NCBI RefSeq assembly: GCF_006345805.1
Contig: NC_042997.1
Location: 141,174,001-141,238,000, forward strand
DNA length: 64,000 nucleotides
Origin: Octopus sinensis
Lineage: Eukaryota
Reading direction: 5' to 3'
Notes under the pieces: generated by a model
What the model saw: the letters and a program-made list of their open reading frames with translations, nothing else
Database searches by the model: none
What the model was told of the DNA's origin: nothing
Part shown: one piece after another, positions 13,164 through 26,117 of the stretch
Layout of the letters: every line of letters starts with the position of its first letter
How positions within the stretch are numbered: the stretch's first letter is position 1
Position numbers and translations under genes: made by a program

Positions 13164-13334
13164 TTTAAAAATTGGATAAAATCATTATCAAATAGTCAGC
13201 GTGAAAAACCTCATAATTAATAATTATTCCCTTTAAATATATTTATTTATATTAAAGGCATTACTATACATAAATGCCTCACGCTACGAGGGAGTCCTAA
13301 AGTCAAAACTATCATAATAATGTTTATTATGGTA

Positions 13335-13626
13335 GTTTTTGACTTTAAATGACGTTGCTACACATCGCTGGTCACAATGCGCTTCGCATTGTTTTAGCGC
13401 TCAAATGACGCCACCTCGCTTGCTAAGCGAGCAGGCCAACAGAAGAAAGAGTGAGAGAAAGTTGTGGCAAAAGAGTATAGCAGGGATCTCCACCATCCCC
13501 TGCCAGAGTCTCGTGGAGCTTTAGGTGTTTTCGCTCAATAAACACTCACAGCGCCCAGTCTGGGAATTGAAACCGCGATCCTACAACCGCGAGTCCGCTG
13601 CCCTAGCCACTGGGCCATTGCGCCTC

Positions 13627-13630
<4 letters not shown>
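13335..13630 (-). mobile_element. tRNA-derived SINE, family C
   Basis: Minus head tgtggaggcgcaatggcccagtggctagggcagcggactcgcggttgtaggatcgcggtttcaattcccagac has A and B boxes. A second copy lies at 42940-43230. Confidence 0.85.
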
Positions 13631-13710
<80 letters not shown>

Positions 13711-13796
13711 ATATATATATGTAATATATATGTATATAAAGATAAAACTTACTTGGAAAAGAAAGAATGCGTGGTATTCGATCATGTAACAATATA

Positions 13797-14257
13797 AATA
13801 ATATATAAATATATGCATATATACATATATATACATACCTATATAAATATGTATATATACATGCATATATAGGTACAAGACATCGAAAAAAGAACACAAT
13901 GAGAATTGAAAACATAAAAACAAAAACACAGAAAACGAACTTATTTGGAACGACGAAAAAAAAATACCAGACATGCAGCATAAAGAATATTCCCCTTCAT
14001 CAGTTGTCCCTGTTTCATTTACTATGCGTTGAAACAGGGACAAGTGATGAAGAGGAATATTCTTTATGTTGCACGTTTCGTTTCTCTGGGTTTTTTTTTC
14101 GTTGTTCAAAAAAAAACTTCGTTTTCTCTTTTTGTTTTTATATTTTCGTTTCTCATTGTGTTCAACGTTTTTTTATGTCCTGTACCCATATATGCATGCA
14201 TATATATGTAGGTATGTACGTATATGTATGCATATATGCATATATTTATATATTATT
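13797..14257. repeat. ~460-bp imperfect palindrome (arms ~220 bp, 12-nt loop at 14018-14029)
   Basis: aaagaatattccccttcatcagttgtccctgtttca pairs with tgaaacagggacaagtgatgaagaggaatattcttt, and pairing continues outward into the flanking AT microsatellites. Mirror ORFs on both strands in the ORF track agree. Confidence 0.9.
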
Positions 14258-14300
14258 ATATTATATATATGTATATATATGTATATATATATATATGTAT

Positions 14301-14403
<103 letters not shown>

Positions 14404-14966
14404 CACAACACACTATATGTATACATACATACTGCTTCTTGATACTAAGAAATTTAGTAAAATGCATTTGTTTTAACGTTACTGTGGTTTATCACTTTCG
14501 ACGAATGTGTGTGAAATGGTCGTCTCTTTCAAATGCAAACATATTCACACAACGAGCTTCTTCTCTATTTGCATCTACCCCATGTCACACATAAGGCTCA
14601 AATCGACATGATTGAAGACATCTGACCCGACAGAGATTCAACAGGAACGAAACCGCTACATCATAAAAATATCGCCATGTCTGCTTCTATGCAAAAAGAT
14701 ATATATTTGAAGGCGCGTAATTCTCAATGTTTTTTAAGAAAATAGGTGAAAACTATATAAGTACGGGCACTTTTCTACCATAAATTCGAATTTTATATAA
14801 GCTTATAAACATTGGTTTGTTTGTTTACACTGCAGTAATTTGTTGGTATAACCAAGAACACATAAAATATAAACAATAAAAGTTTTTTTAAACTTCAAAG
14901 AGAAAACAAATTCATAAGCAATTTATTACACACCACATATATGTATATTTGTTTAGTTGTGGATAA

Positions 14967-15016
<50 letters not shown>

Positions 15017-15020
<4 letters not shown>

Positions 15021-15096
15021 GAAAGAATGGAGTCGAACGAAGATGTTAACAAATTTTTCTATGCTGACGATAAACAAGATAATTCATTCAACTACT

Positions 15097-15157
<61 letters not shown>

Positions 15158-15347
15158 CTATATATAGATGATGTATGTATGTATGTATGTATGTATGTAT
15201 GTATGTATGTAGGTATTTGAATATATATACATACATGCATAATATATATATATAGACATACATACACGTATATATGAACAGCTCTTAAATATGTGTGCAT
15301 ATTTTTTGTTATATATATATACACACATATATATATATCTGTTAGCG

Positions 15348-15387
<40 letters not shown>

Positions 15388-15516
15388 ATATATATATATC
15401 TATATATATATATATATATATATAAATGAAAGAATGGAGTCGAACGAAGATGTTAACAAATTTTTCTATGCTGACGATAAACAAGATAATTCATTCACCT
15501 ACTTAAATATATATAT

Positions 15517-15549
<33 letters not shown>

Positions 15550-15578
15550 TATATAAATATATATATATATATTATATA

Positions 15579-15619
<41 letters not shown>

Positions 15620-15760
15620 TGTAGGTATTTGAATATATATATACATACATGCATATATATATATATAGACATACATACACGTATATATGAACAGCTCTAA
15701 ATATGTGTGCATATTTTTTGTATATATATATATCACACATATATATATATCTGTTAGCGT
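15017..15760 (+). repeat. Near-identical ~408-bp direct duplication inside (TA)n tracts
   Basis: aatgaaagaatggagtcgaacgaagatgttaacaaatttttctatgctgacgataaacaagataattcattca occurs at ~15017 and ~15425. The downstream blocks are also duplicated. Confidence 0.9.
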
Positions 15761-16769
15761 ATATATATATATATATTATATATATATATATTATAATATA
15801 TATATATATATTATATTATATATGTAATATACATATATTGTGCCAGTAAAAACATCCATAAGGGAAAGTCACAAACTGTAAAAACGCGTAAAAGATAGAC
15901 GAAATGAAACTTTAATCTTCATCATCTACCACACAAAGAATCGTAAAAAAATTCCGACGCCTTGATATAGAACTGTTGCTTTAATGGCGTCAACAAACCA
16001 TTGGATACGGTTGTTAGGCAACTGATAATGTGGAGACGATTCACAAAGCAATGGTAATGACTGGGACGGAGAAAATTTAAGAAGAAGGAAATATACTATG
16101 ATTAAGTTAGGTGACTATAACAGGAAAAGGAAAATAGAGGTGTTTTTTTTTTTCGATAATAAAATAATGAATCTGTTACAATGAAAAAAAAATACGAGAC
16201 AAACCAGTTATATAATAGTGCAATATGTAGCGTTCGGAATAAAAGAAGAAACGCTATTAGATGATTGGCCGATGTCCTTAAATCCTTAAGTATATAACAT
16301 AGGGTTGAATGATACATGCGGTTGCTTTGCAAGCTGAAAAGTAGAAGAGAGACTCGTAACACAGGCAGTAAATAGTTCACTGAAAATAGAAGAAATCGAA
16401 ACGGATAAGGAAACAGAGATGACAGAGTAAAGAGAAGAGGTGTGGAAAGTAAGAAAAAAATATAAGGAACGAAGGGGACAGGAAATGGGAGATAGTCTTA
16501 GTGGTTAAAATAAACGTGACCCAACGTGCAAGAAAAGGTAAAAGGAAAGGGTAGCAAAAGAAGAGGAGAGAAGAAAAAGAGACGATGGAAAATGACGGAT
16601 GTGAAACGAAAATAAAAGCACAAGGGAAAATGAGAGGAAATAGGAGCTAGGATTAAAGATGCGAATAATTACAAATGAGAACTTGTATCGAACATGGAAA
16701 GGCAAAAGCACCAACAGAGATATGTATTTATATATAAATATGTATAAATATGAATGTATCATCAAGGTC

Positions 16770-17270
16770 AATAAAGCCTAGAAGAACCAGCATACTCCCA
16801 AGTCTGGCCCGTACTTCCTAAAGCTATCACACTTTGACGACAGAACTACTGCAGCGATACAACACGCAGTCCGCAGGAAAGGACTCGACATACAGAAAGT
16901 GCACACCGGCCCTTCCCTAAGAAAAGCTCTGCCCAAAAACAACACATCTCACTACTCTGAGGAGTGCACATTGTTGAACTGCCCCATCAATGACCTATGT
17001 TGTATATGAGATCATCTGTGGCAAATGTGGGGCATCCCTCATCGGAAGCACAAGAAAACTGCATATACGCATTAAGGGACACATGCAGGCAGACACTTCC
17101 GTGAAGAAACATCAACAGAAGTGCCAGACTCGGGAATTCCCAGTCCACATCACGACAACACAGCGGAAGAGGGACAATCTTACACTCTCTGAAGCCATCT
17201 TCATACACCAAAAGAAACGCAAGATTAACAATAGAAAGGAGTCACAGGAAGTTAGCTGGTTGCTATAGCA
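16770..17270 (+). mobile_element. Penelope-like element 3' fragment (linker plus GIY-YIG endonuclease), frameshifted
   Basis: PYFLKLSHFDDRTTAAIQHAVRRKGLDIQKVHTGPSLRKAL..ECTLLNCPIND, then a frameshift into YVVYEIICGKCGASLIGSTRKLHIRIKGH..SVKKH..LSEAIFIHQKKRKINNRKE. Confidence 0.9.
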
Positions 17271-17799
17271 ACACCTTTCTGCGCATGTCCACACCACATA
17301 CGTTCACACAAACGCACATCGGCAACATTCGTCAATTTCTTGAAAATGGGGTAATAACCCCGAAATATTGAATACACGGTAAGTCTACATTAATTCACAT
17401 ATTGGTTTTGTGATTTACCTTGCATTTACTTCGCATTGTTTTGGTTTTACTCACGATCTTTTATACAATATATCCAATACAATGCTTCATAGTAATTATT
17501 CCATTATAATATATATATATTGCCGAGATCCCCTTCGGTCATAACTGACCGTGGGATTGCACCTAGAAAGTTACCCTCCCAGTTACAAGTTCGGGCAAGG
17601 TTGTTTATATATATTTATATATACTCTTTATCTACTCTTTACAGATTCTCGTTTGGATTTTTACCCTCCGGCTGCACCTCTCCTACACACAGTGGACTCT
17701 ACTCTTGATGAGAAATCTTTGCAATATACCACGACGTCAAAAAACCTTTTAACTTTACGTAAAACTGTTATTATTGCCATTACTTTATTTTTATATTTA

Positions 17800-17957
17800 T
17801 TTTTAGCCACTACACACATTTTTTTCTCTCCTTGTTTTTTTGTGTCCCTTTCTGTAGAAGAGCGTAGGCTCGAAACGTAAAAGACTTTTTCTATTCCTGA
17901 GCGCACCACCTGTCTTTGTCTTTTGTTTTTTTTCGTAGACTCTCCCCTCTCTCTCTC

Positions 17958-17990
<33 letters not shown>

Positions 17991-18205
17991 ATATATAATA
18001 TATATATATATATGGAGAATTCACAAAGAAACAAAAGACGAAGACAGGTAGTGTAGAAAGCAAACAGATGTATTAGTATAACGCTCGGGAAATGAAAAAG
18101 TCTTTAACATTTCGAGCCTACGCCCTTCCACAGAAAGGAACACAGAAAGAAACAAGGAGAAAAACAAAGAGAGAAAAAAATGTGTGTAGTGGCTAGCGAT
18201 CTATC
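17800..18205. mobile_element. Inverted pair of family A hammerhead repeats around (CT)n(TA)n
   Basis: + motif tttc CTGTAGA agagc gtag gctc GAAAC GTA aaagac at 17849-17886. A minus copy lies at 18098-18137. Outer arms tagccactacacacattttttt and aaaaaaatgtgtgtagtggcta are complementary. Confidence 0.8.
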
Positions 18206-18489
18206 ATAGCAAAAGCCGGACAGAATGGTCACACAGGAGCGCTACGAAGGGGAGATAACAAAGTAGTAGTGATCCCAAGACGAAGGTGCACGTGTGTGTA
18301 AGAGAATACGTATGTGCGTGTGAAAGAGGACTGGGGATCTTGACGTGTGCGTATGTTTATGTGTAGGTGTGAAAATGTAGGTATGGGAATTGGTCAGTGC
18401 TGGTGTGTGCGTGATATATATATTACTAGTTTCAGCTCGAGAACTGCGGCCATGTTGAGGAACCACCGTTAGATTTGCTTCACTTTCAC

Positions 18490-18735
18490 TATTTGAAACC
18501 TCCTCTGATATGTGGCGTCTGGTGAATTAGGGAGTTTGATGTCTCATCTGCGCATCTTGTCACGATGTCGATTCATCCGGAACGCTTTACAAGAAGAGAT
18601 GCAGTGAGGTTTTCAAGACTACATCCACCCCATGTAGGTCTCTCTGCTTTTGTGGGAGGATATTGAAGAGTTATGGGTCCTTGAAACCCAAGATGTTGCA
18701 GTATCTGGTCTTGTATCCTGATGGGAAATTTGCTA
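18490..18735 (-). mobile_element. CR1/L2-type LINE ORF2 3' fragment
   Basis: Minus translation KTRYCNILGFKDP*LFNILPQKQRDLHGVDVVLKTSLHLFL*SVPDESTS..SNSLIHQ is a typical post-RT C-terminal segment. A homologue lies at 22640-22900. Confidence 0.75.
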
Positions 18736-19069
18736 CTTTAATGCTAACCACTGGAGCCCCGAATAATGTGTAAAATTTCCTTTTGGAACGTCATCAACAA
18801 ACACACACACACACACACACACCACACACACACACACACATATACATACATACACACATATATATATGTACACATACATGCATATATATATATATATACA
18901 TAATATATATATATTATATATACGTATGTATTTATGTATGTCTATATGCATATATGTAATATAACTTATTATATATAATATAATATATATTATATATATA
19001 TATATATATATATTATACTACATATATATGCATATATATGAATCACACACATATATATAGTCTTCCTTC

Positions 19070-19490
19070 TTTTATTCTTTTACTTGTTTCAGTCATTTGA
19101 CCGGACCATGCTGGAGCACCGCCTTTAGTCAAAGAAATCGACCCCAGGACTTATTCTTTGTAAGCTTAGTACTTATCCTCAGTTACGGGGACGTAAACAC
19201 ATCAACATCGGTTGTCAAGTGATGGTGAGGGTCAAACAAAGGCACAAAAACATACACACACACATTTACACACATATACACATACACACACATATACATA
19301 TATATGTATATATATATATATACATATATGACTGGCTTCTTTCACTTTCTATCTACCAAATCTACTCGGAAAGGTTTGCTCGGCCCAAGGCTACAGTAGT
19401 AGACACTTGCCCAAGTTTCCACGCAGTGGGACTGAACCCAGAAACATGTGGTTGGTAAACAATCTACTTACCACAGAGCCACTCCTGTGC
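19070..19490 (-). mobile_element. SINE family A, near full length with internal microsatellite
   Basis: Tail, gttacggggacgtaaacac body, (CA/TA)n middle and tRNA head rc ..ggactgaacccagaaacatgtggttggtaa..accacagagccactcctg. Confidence 0.9.
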
Positions 19491-20030
19491 CTATATATAT
19501 ATATATACACACACACATTTATGAAGTATGTACAAATGTTGCTCTTTGTCTAAGAAAAGTGGAAAAACACTCAAAAAAATTTAAGAGAACACGCATTATT
19601 TAAATTCAATACCTGTATCGTGGCTGGAGTTTCACGCCACAGCGATCGTCAGACGAGAAAGCTATTACTCGACGAATCTTTTGTTCTTTTATTTCTATCG
19701 TTTATGGTCTGTTATTTCATCTATGATGCTTTATTGTACTGAATGCTCTCTGTTGTATATTTATTTATTTGTTTATTTCTGATGTTGCATTTGTTAAGAC
19801 GTTTTGTTTTCTTTTCATTTTCCCCAGCATTTCATTATCCTTTTGGCTTCTTCTTTTTTTTTTGAGTTTTGAACGCATATACATTTTGTCTGAAGCGCGG
19901 TCAACAAAGCGTGAACCGGTTCGTCAGAAGACACCTTTCGTCTCTTTTGTTTTTATTGGCATCAATAACATATAAAGAATATGTTAACATATATCTCCCA
20001 CGATGAGAGCTTGTAATGACTATATTCATA

Positions 20031-20061
<31 letters not shown>

Positions 20062-20184
20062 CATATACTGAGAGGAGAGAGAGAGAGGGGGGGAGAGACT
20101 GGAAGAGAGAGAAAGAGATCGATAGATAGATAGATAGATAGATAGATAGAGACATACAAATATAAAGATGTCTTTTATCGTTAT

Positions 20185-20463
20185 CTTTTAGTTATTTCAG
20201 ACATTATACTGCGGTCATATTGGGGTACCATATTCAGGGGTTGTAGTCGAAAAACTTGTGCCCAGTAATTATTTTCTTTTAAGCTTGGTGCTTATTCTGC
20301 AGGTCTCTTTTATTCCAACTGCAAGGTTACGGGGACGTAAGCAAACCAATACCGGCTGTCAAACGAAGCGGAGTACAAACTAAATCACAAAGATGCATAT
20401 ACACACACACTCACACACGGACTCACACATATATATATATATATATCCATATACATATACACA

Positions 20464-20501
<38 letters not shown>

Positions 20502-20695
20502 TATGCATTCATACACACACTCACGTATATATATACGACGGACTTCATTCAGTTTATGCCTACCAAATACACTCACAAGGCGTTGGTCGCCCCGCGGCTA
20601 TAGCCGAAGACCCTTGTCAAAAACTGGGACTAAAACAGCGGGACTGAAAATGGAATGATGTGGATGGGAATTAAACTTCTTACCACACGGCCATA
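20185..20695 (-). mobile_element. SINE family A (degenerate)
   Basis: Same modules as the 19070-19490 copy. Confidence 0.8.
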
Positions 20696-20997
20696 TACAT
20701 ATATACATATAGACACACAAAAATATATAAATATATACGCGCTCTTGTTTACCTGTTGCGATACCTAATTCATAGATAGATGAAATATTCAGATTGTCAA
20801 TATTTTATACATGGGCTGTTCTATTATACAAATCCCAGACTGTGTCCCTTCACTTAGGTCCTATGCGAAGCACAAATGATAAGACGGTGTCATGCAATAT
20901 TATACTACGGTCTACAAACTCCTTCACCATGTTAAAAAATGTTTATCTCGTTGCTAGTAATACTAGATGCCCTTATTCATTAAACGGTGCAGATAAC

Positions 20998-21034
<37 letters not shown>

Positions 21035-21068
21035 ATGGGTGTGTGTGATTGTGTATAGAAGATATATT

Positions 21069-21127
<59 letters not shown>

Positions 21128-21357
21128 TGAATGGAAGAAATGGAGTTGAACGAAGATTGTACAGAATTCCTTTTATTACATTCTACACATGTTTCAAAGG
21201 CCACAATTTTCCAAATTCTGATTAAATAAGGATACCATATTGCAGCTTTCTCTTCAGGAAAAGCAGGAATTACGTTGACAGGTATCGTTAAACTTTGAAT
21301 AATCTGTAACAAAAATTCCAAATTCATTTCCATTTCAACAAGCACACACACACACAT

Positions 21358-21407
<50 letters not shown>

Positions 21408-21460
21408 GCATATATATATATGCGTGGGTGTGTGTATGCATGCATGTTTACATAGACATT

Positions 21461-21697
21461 TTTTCCTGGGGAAGGCCGGTTTATGGGGTTCCCTGGCTAT
21501 CACCCTCAATAACTGGATTAACTTCATGGCGTATCTTCAGAGTCCAAGATCTGTTGGCTTATGATCTCTTTAAAATTCATATATTTTAGAAAGGTCATAG
21601 GCCAACAGGTCTTGGAGTCTGAAGATACGCCATAAAATTAATTCCTTTAAGCACGCAAAAGCTATGGTAACCTCACAAACCGGCCTTCACCAGAAAA
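21461..21697. repeat. ~237-bp foldback/MITE-like palindrome
   Basis: atggcgtatcttcagagtccaagatctgttggcttatgatct pairs with aggtcataggccaacaggtcttggagtctgaagatacgccat. Outer ttttcctggggaaggccggttt pairs with aaaccggccttcaccagaaaa. Confidence 0.85.
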
Positions 21698-21930
21698 GAT
21701 ATATTGACTATTCTACTTCTTAGATCGTGCTTCTTCTCCGGATTTATGTTTTTCTAAAAACGATATATGCGTACATACATACATGTATATATGTATGTAT
21801 GCATGTATCTTTGTATGTATGTATGTATGTATGTATGTATGTATGTATGTATGTATGTATGTATGTATGTATGTATGTATGTATGCATACATACATTTAC
21901 TATTTATCTCTCTCTCACTCTCTCTCTCCC

Positions 21931-21963
<33 letters not shown>

Positions 21964-22071
21964 CATGTGTGGGGGGACGGATGTATTACATTTCAAAATG
22001 TAACCACATGTGAATCGTTGACGATCTTTTTCCTCCGTCTTCCTTTACTAGTGGACTTTCCTCTGTCTCCT

Positions 22072-22106
22072 GTTTCTGAAGAAGAGCTTTGCTCGAAACG
22101 TAAAAC
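22072..22106 (+). ncRNA. Minimal type I hammerhead ribozyme motif (family B)
   Basis: GTTT-CTGAAGA-a-GAGC ttt GCTC-GAAAC-GTA-AAAC: 4-bp stem I, canonical core, 4-bp stem II, 2-bp palindromic stem III, GUA cleavage triplet. It sits in a ~220-bp repeat (21980-22200). Confidence 0.7.
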
Positions 22107-22241
22107 CACCTGTCTTTCCTTCTCTGAGCGTCTGCTAGTACTTTACATGTACCACATCATCGCGTTGTTGTTGTGTTTGTCTTTCGTTTGTTTCGACACA
22201 CACAAACACACACCACACACACACACACAAGCACACACACA

Positions 22242-22318
<77 letters not shown>

Positions 22319-22639
22319 GAATATGAAACAAAGTGCTTGGTACGGTATTATATATTTGAAAAAAATGAGTACAGATGGCTTAATTGGATAAACATTATTG
22401 AAATAAAAATTATCCTGAACAGCCATCTCTACCTATTTTGGTAGTGTGCGTGTGTGTATAATTACACACACACACGCATATATATATATATATACATATA
22501 TATACGCACACACACATACACACACGCAAGCATAAACACACATACACACACATATATATACATATACTTATGTATGTATGTAACCCAAAGACTGTGACCA
22601 TACTGGGGCACGGTCAGTATTATCATCTTTTCAATTATC

Positions 22640-22900
22640 ATTCGTATGTGATTGGCTTTCTATGGAGGAGTTCAATATTGCCGTTCCCTTTTGGGCTTTT
22701 TGCATTGAGATGTAGGATCGTCTGGGACCTTGGACAGCAGGAGGTGAAGTTGTTTCTTGAAAGTAGCAACCAGCTCACCATGCAGAGCTCTCCTATGTTT
22801 TGGGAAGGTAATGAAATAGCCGTGGACCCTTGAATCACAAGCTATTGCAGTACATGGTCCTCATAATAGTTGGGATGACTTGGACCATGCAGACATTCGC
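22640..22900 (-). mobile_element. CR1/L2-type LINE ORF2 3' fragment
   Basis: RTMYCNSL*FKGPRLFHYLPK..ALHGELVATFKKQLHLLLSKVPDDPTS across frameshifts. Homologous to 18490-18735. Confidence 0.75.
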
Positions 22901-23212
22901 ACGTTTGTATTAGCACATGTAAACTCTACGTTTCTACTTTAATTCTGTGAAAGCTCTTCAGATATTCTTGGATTCTTCTAAAGAAACGAAGCACGATTAT
23001 TGAAATAATTTAGCTAAGAGCAGGTGTTAAGAGTTACTACTCGAAATTTGGTTAAGTGTTTCACATAATAAATTTTCGGAGCAAATGCTACTTTGTTACG
23101 TTTGCTTTCACCTGAATCGTTTCTATCACATAAATGCTCAGTTTAGCATGAGACGTAAACTATGGAACGTATAGGTTGTGTTATAAATATTTATGTACGT
23201 ATATGATTGTAT

Positions 23213-23276
<64 letters not shown>

Positions 23277-23744
23277 CACACACATTATAATGTGCGTGTG
23301 TGTATATATACACACATATTCGAAAAAGTGTGTATATACACAATATATTCGAAAAAGTGCATTTCATTACAATTTGATATATGACACGTAATTTCAGGAT
23401 TATAAAAATATACAAACTTCTCGTCTTTACTGAATATTAAAATCATATACATACGCACATACATGCATGCATACATACATACATACATACATACATACAT
23501 AATTACATATATATATATATATATAATGAACGGACATATGCACATCCATATATACTTGCATAAACACACGGTCATATGCATACATATGTGTGTGTGTTTG
23601 AGTGTGTGTACATGTGTCAGTGTGTGTGTGTGTGTACCTATGTACGCAATATATATGGATGTGTACATGTGCGTTAATAATATATATTTGTGCATGCACG
23701 TTTGCTTTTCTGTATCTTTATATATATATGCGTATAATATATAT

Positions 23745-23818
<74 letters not shown>

Positions 23819-23957
23819 TTATATATATATATATATATAACAATTTAGGAAGGCCTAAACAGCCATTCGTCCACCAGAAAGAGCAGCCAGAACTCCAACC
23901 GCCAAGTAGTGTAATTCGGAAATAAGGTGAAAATTTAAAAACATTTACCCTAATTCA

Positions 23958-24056
23958 TCTTTATACGATGCATCGTTTCAGTGTCTTAATGATAGACCAG
24001 CTTAATTAAATTAAATTAAGCTAGTCTACCATAGGTCACACTTCATCAGTAAAAGA
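23958..24056 (-). ncRNA. Type I hammerhead ribozyme (inverted copy)
   Basis: Reverse complement of 24617-24717 with two single-base deletions, one in the stem I A-run. Confidence 0.75.
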
Positions 24057-24616
24057 AACCTGGGAGAGACGGATATACACGAGGCGACTGTATCAATGCC
24101 TCGGGAATATCTGTCTTAAAATTTTCAAGACCAACGCATTCGCGCCAAACTTATCGGCAGCAAATATAAACTGCCGATTCAATCTCAGAATTAGTCAGAA
24201 AATTATCAATTAATCAGACACTGAAACGATGCATCGTATAAAAGATGAATTAGGGTAAATGTTTTTAAATTTTCACCTTATTTCCGAATTACACTACTTG
24301 GCGGTTGGAGTTCTGGCTGCTCTTTCTGGTGGACGGATGGCCTGTTTAGGCCATTCCTAAATTGTTATATTTATCTATTTAGTCTTTGACTATTTTCTCT
24401 TTTCCACCAGGCCGCTGGTAGCGATAAATTTTTACTGAATTTTTTGCTACCCTAAATTGATTAATTGATAATTTTCTGACTATTCTGAGATTGAATCGGC
24501 AGTTTATATTTGCTGCCGATAAGTTTGGCGCGAATGCGTTGGTCTTGAAAATTTTAAGACAGATATTCCCGAGGCATTGATACAGTCGCCTCGTGTATAT
24601 CCGTCTCTCCCAGGTT

Positions 24617-24717
24617 TCTTTTACTGATGAAGTGTGACCTATGGTAGACTAGCTTAATTTAATTTAATTAAGCTGGTCTATCATTAATGACACTGAAACG
24701 ATGCATCGTATAAAAGA
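24617..24717 (+). ncRNA. Type I hammerhead ribozyme with extended stem II
   Basis: Stem I tctttta/taaaaga; core CTGATGA (24624-24630); stem II agtgt/acact enclosing the hairpin tggtagactagcttaatt/aattaagctggtctatca; GAAA (24695-24698); palindromic stem III acgatgcatcgt; GUA cleavage after 24710. Confidence 0.9.
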
Positions 24718-24934
24718 TGAATTAGGGTAAATGTTTTTAAATTTTCACCTTATTTCCGAATTACACTACTTGGCGGTTGGAGTTCTGGCTGCTCTTTCTG
24801 GTGGACGAATGGCCTGTTTAGGCCATTCCTAAATTGTTATATTTATCTATTTAGTCTTTGACTATTTTCTCTTTTCCACCAGGCCGCTGGTAGCGATAAA
24901 TTTTTACTGAATTTTTTGCTACCCTAAATTGATT

Positions 24935-24992
<58 letters not shown>

Positions 24993-25420
24993 CAATATAT
25001 ATATATGCATATATATATACATATATATATACTATCTATATATATATATATATATACACACACATAAATATCAATTCACACATTTCTCACTGGTTCTTGC
25101 ACGCGCACCTAACCTCGCAACACCCACTATATAAATACATACATGCACATACATGAATACATACATACATAAATACATATATATGTGTGTGTTCGTGTAT
25201 TTATGTATGTATGTGTGTGTATTTATATATGAGTGTATGCCTCTACATAAAGTCAGATATGGGTTGACTGATAGGTGGAATTATAGATACGTCTGTAGAA
25301 TGTCAACCTTCTATAGGTTAATCTCAGAGGTAATTTGAGAATCGATGGGGTCCAAGTCCCTCTGCATGCGTAGGTTCTTTTGATACATATGCGTAGATAG
25401 ACACACACTGACGGACAAAC

Positions 25421-25465
<45 letters not shown>

Positions 25466-26117
25466 CATACATACATACATACATACATACATACATACAT
25501 ACATACATACATACATACATACATACATACATACATACATAAACACAAAAAATACAAACACTGGAATACATATTTAATAGCATGTTTTCAACCGAGAATC
25601 ACCAGCTAATCAAACATGCTGGTTAGAGGACATATTAACAGAGACGATTTAAACATGATGGAATTATCCTCTGTAAAATGTAGTACATATTTCTTACTAT
25701 CCATGAATTTGTTGAATGCACTGAAGAACGAAATGTAAGGCTCAAGTGAGACGAGGCTGCAAGAGCGGTTACAATTATTTGTTGATGTACGTTAGTTTCA
25801 CATACCATTCTAGAAAATGCATGTCGTAGTGGGTAAAAAGAAACCCCCCAGTCATGATTAACCATGGGGTTTGCACCTCGAAAGTCGCCCATGCATACCA
25901 GCCTCCATGGGAAGAGCAAAGGCCGGTATAGCTTGGTACCGGTGACGTCGTAGCTTAAAGCTCGTTCCGGAAATCGAACTCACTACCGCTGTAACCACTT
26001 AGCTATGGTCCTTCACGTTCGTAATAACATGTATGTGCATACATATGTAAATATTCTTATCTGCATATAAGTACGGCGCCCCTAACAGGCAATTCGCGTT
26101 TGCCAGTGATATATGCG

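Larger units (their letters stand above)
23838..24935. mobile_element. Hammerhead-bearing 472-nt unit in partial tandem (24217-24935, +) plus an inverted partial copy (23838-24215); retrozyme/PLE pseudo-LTR-like
   Basis: Segment order is A B | A' C B' A' C with near-identical copies, flanked by (TA)n on both sides. Predicted cleavage sites after 24238 and 24710 are 472 nt apart. Confidence 0.85.
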
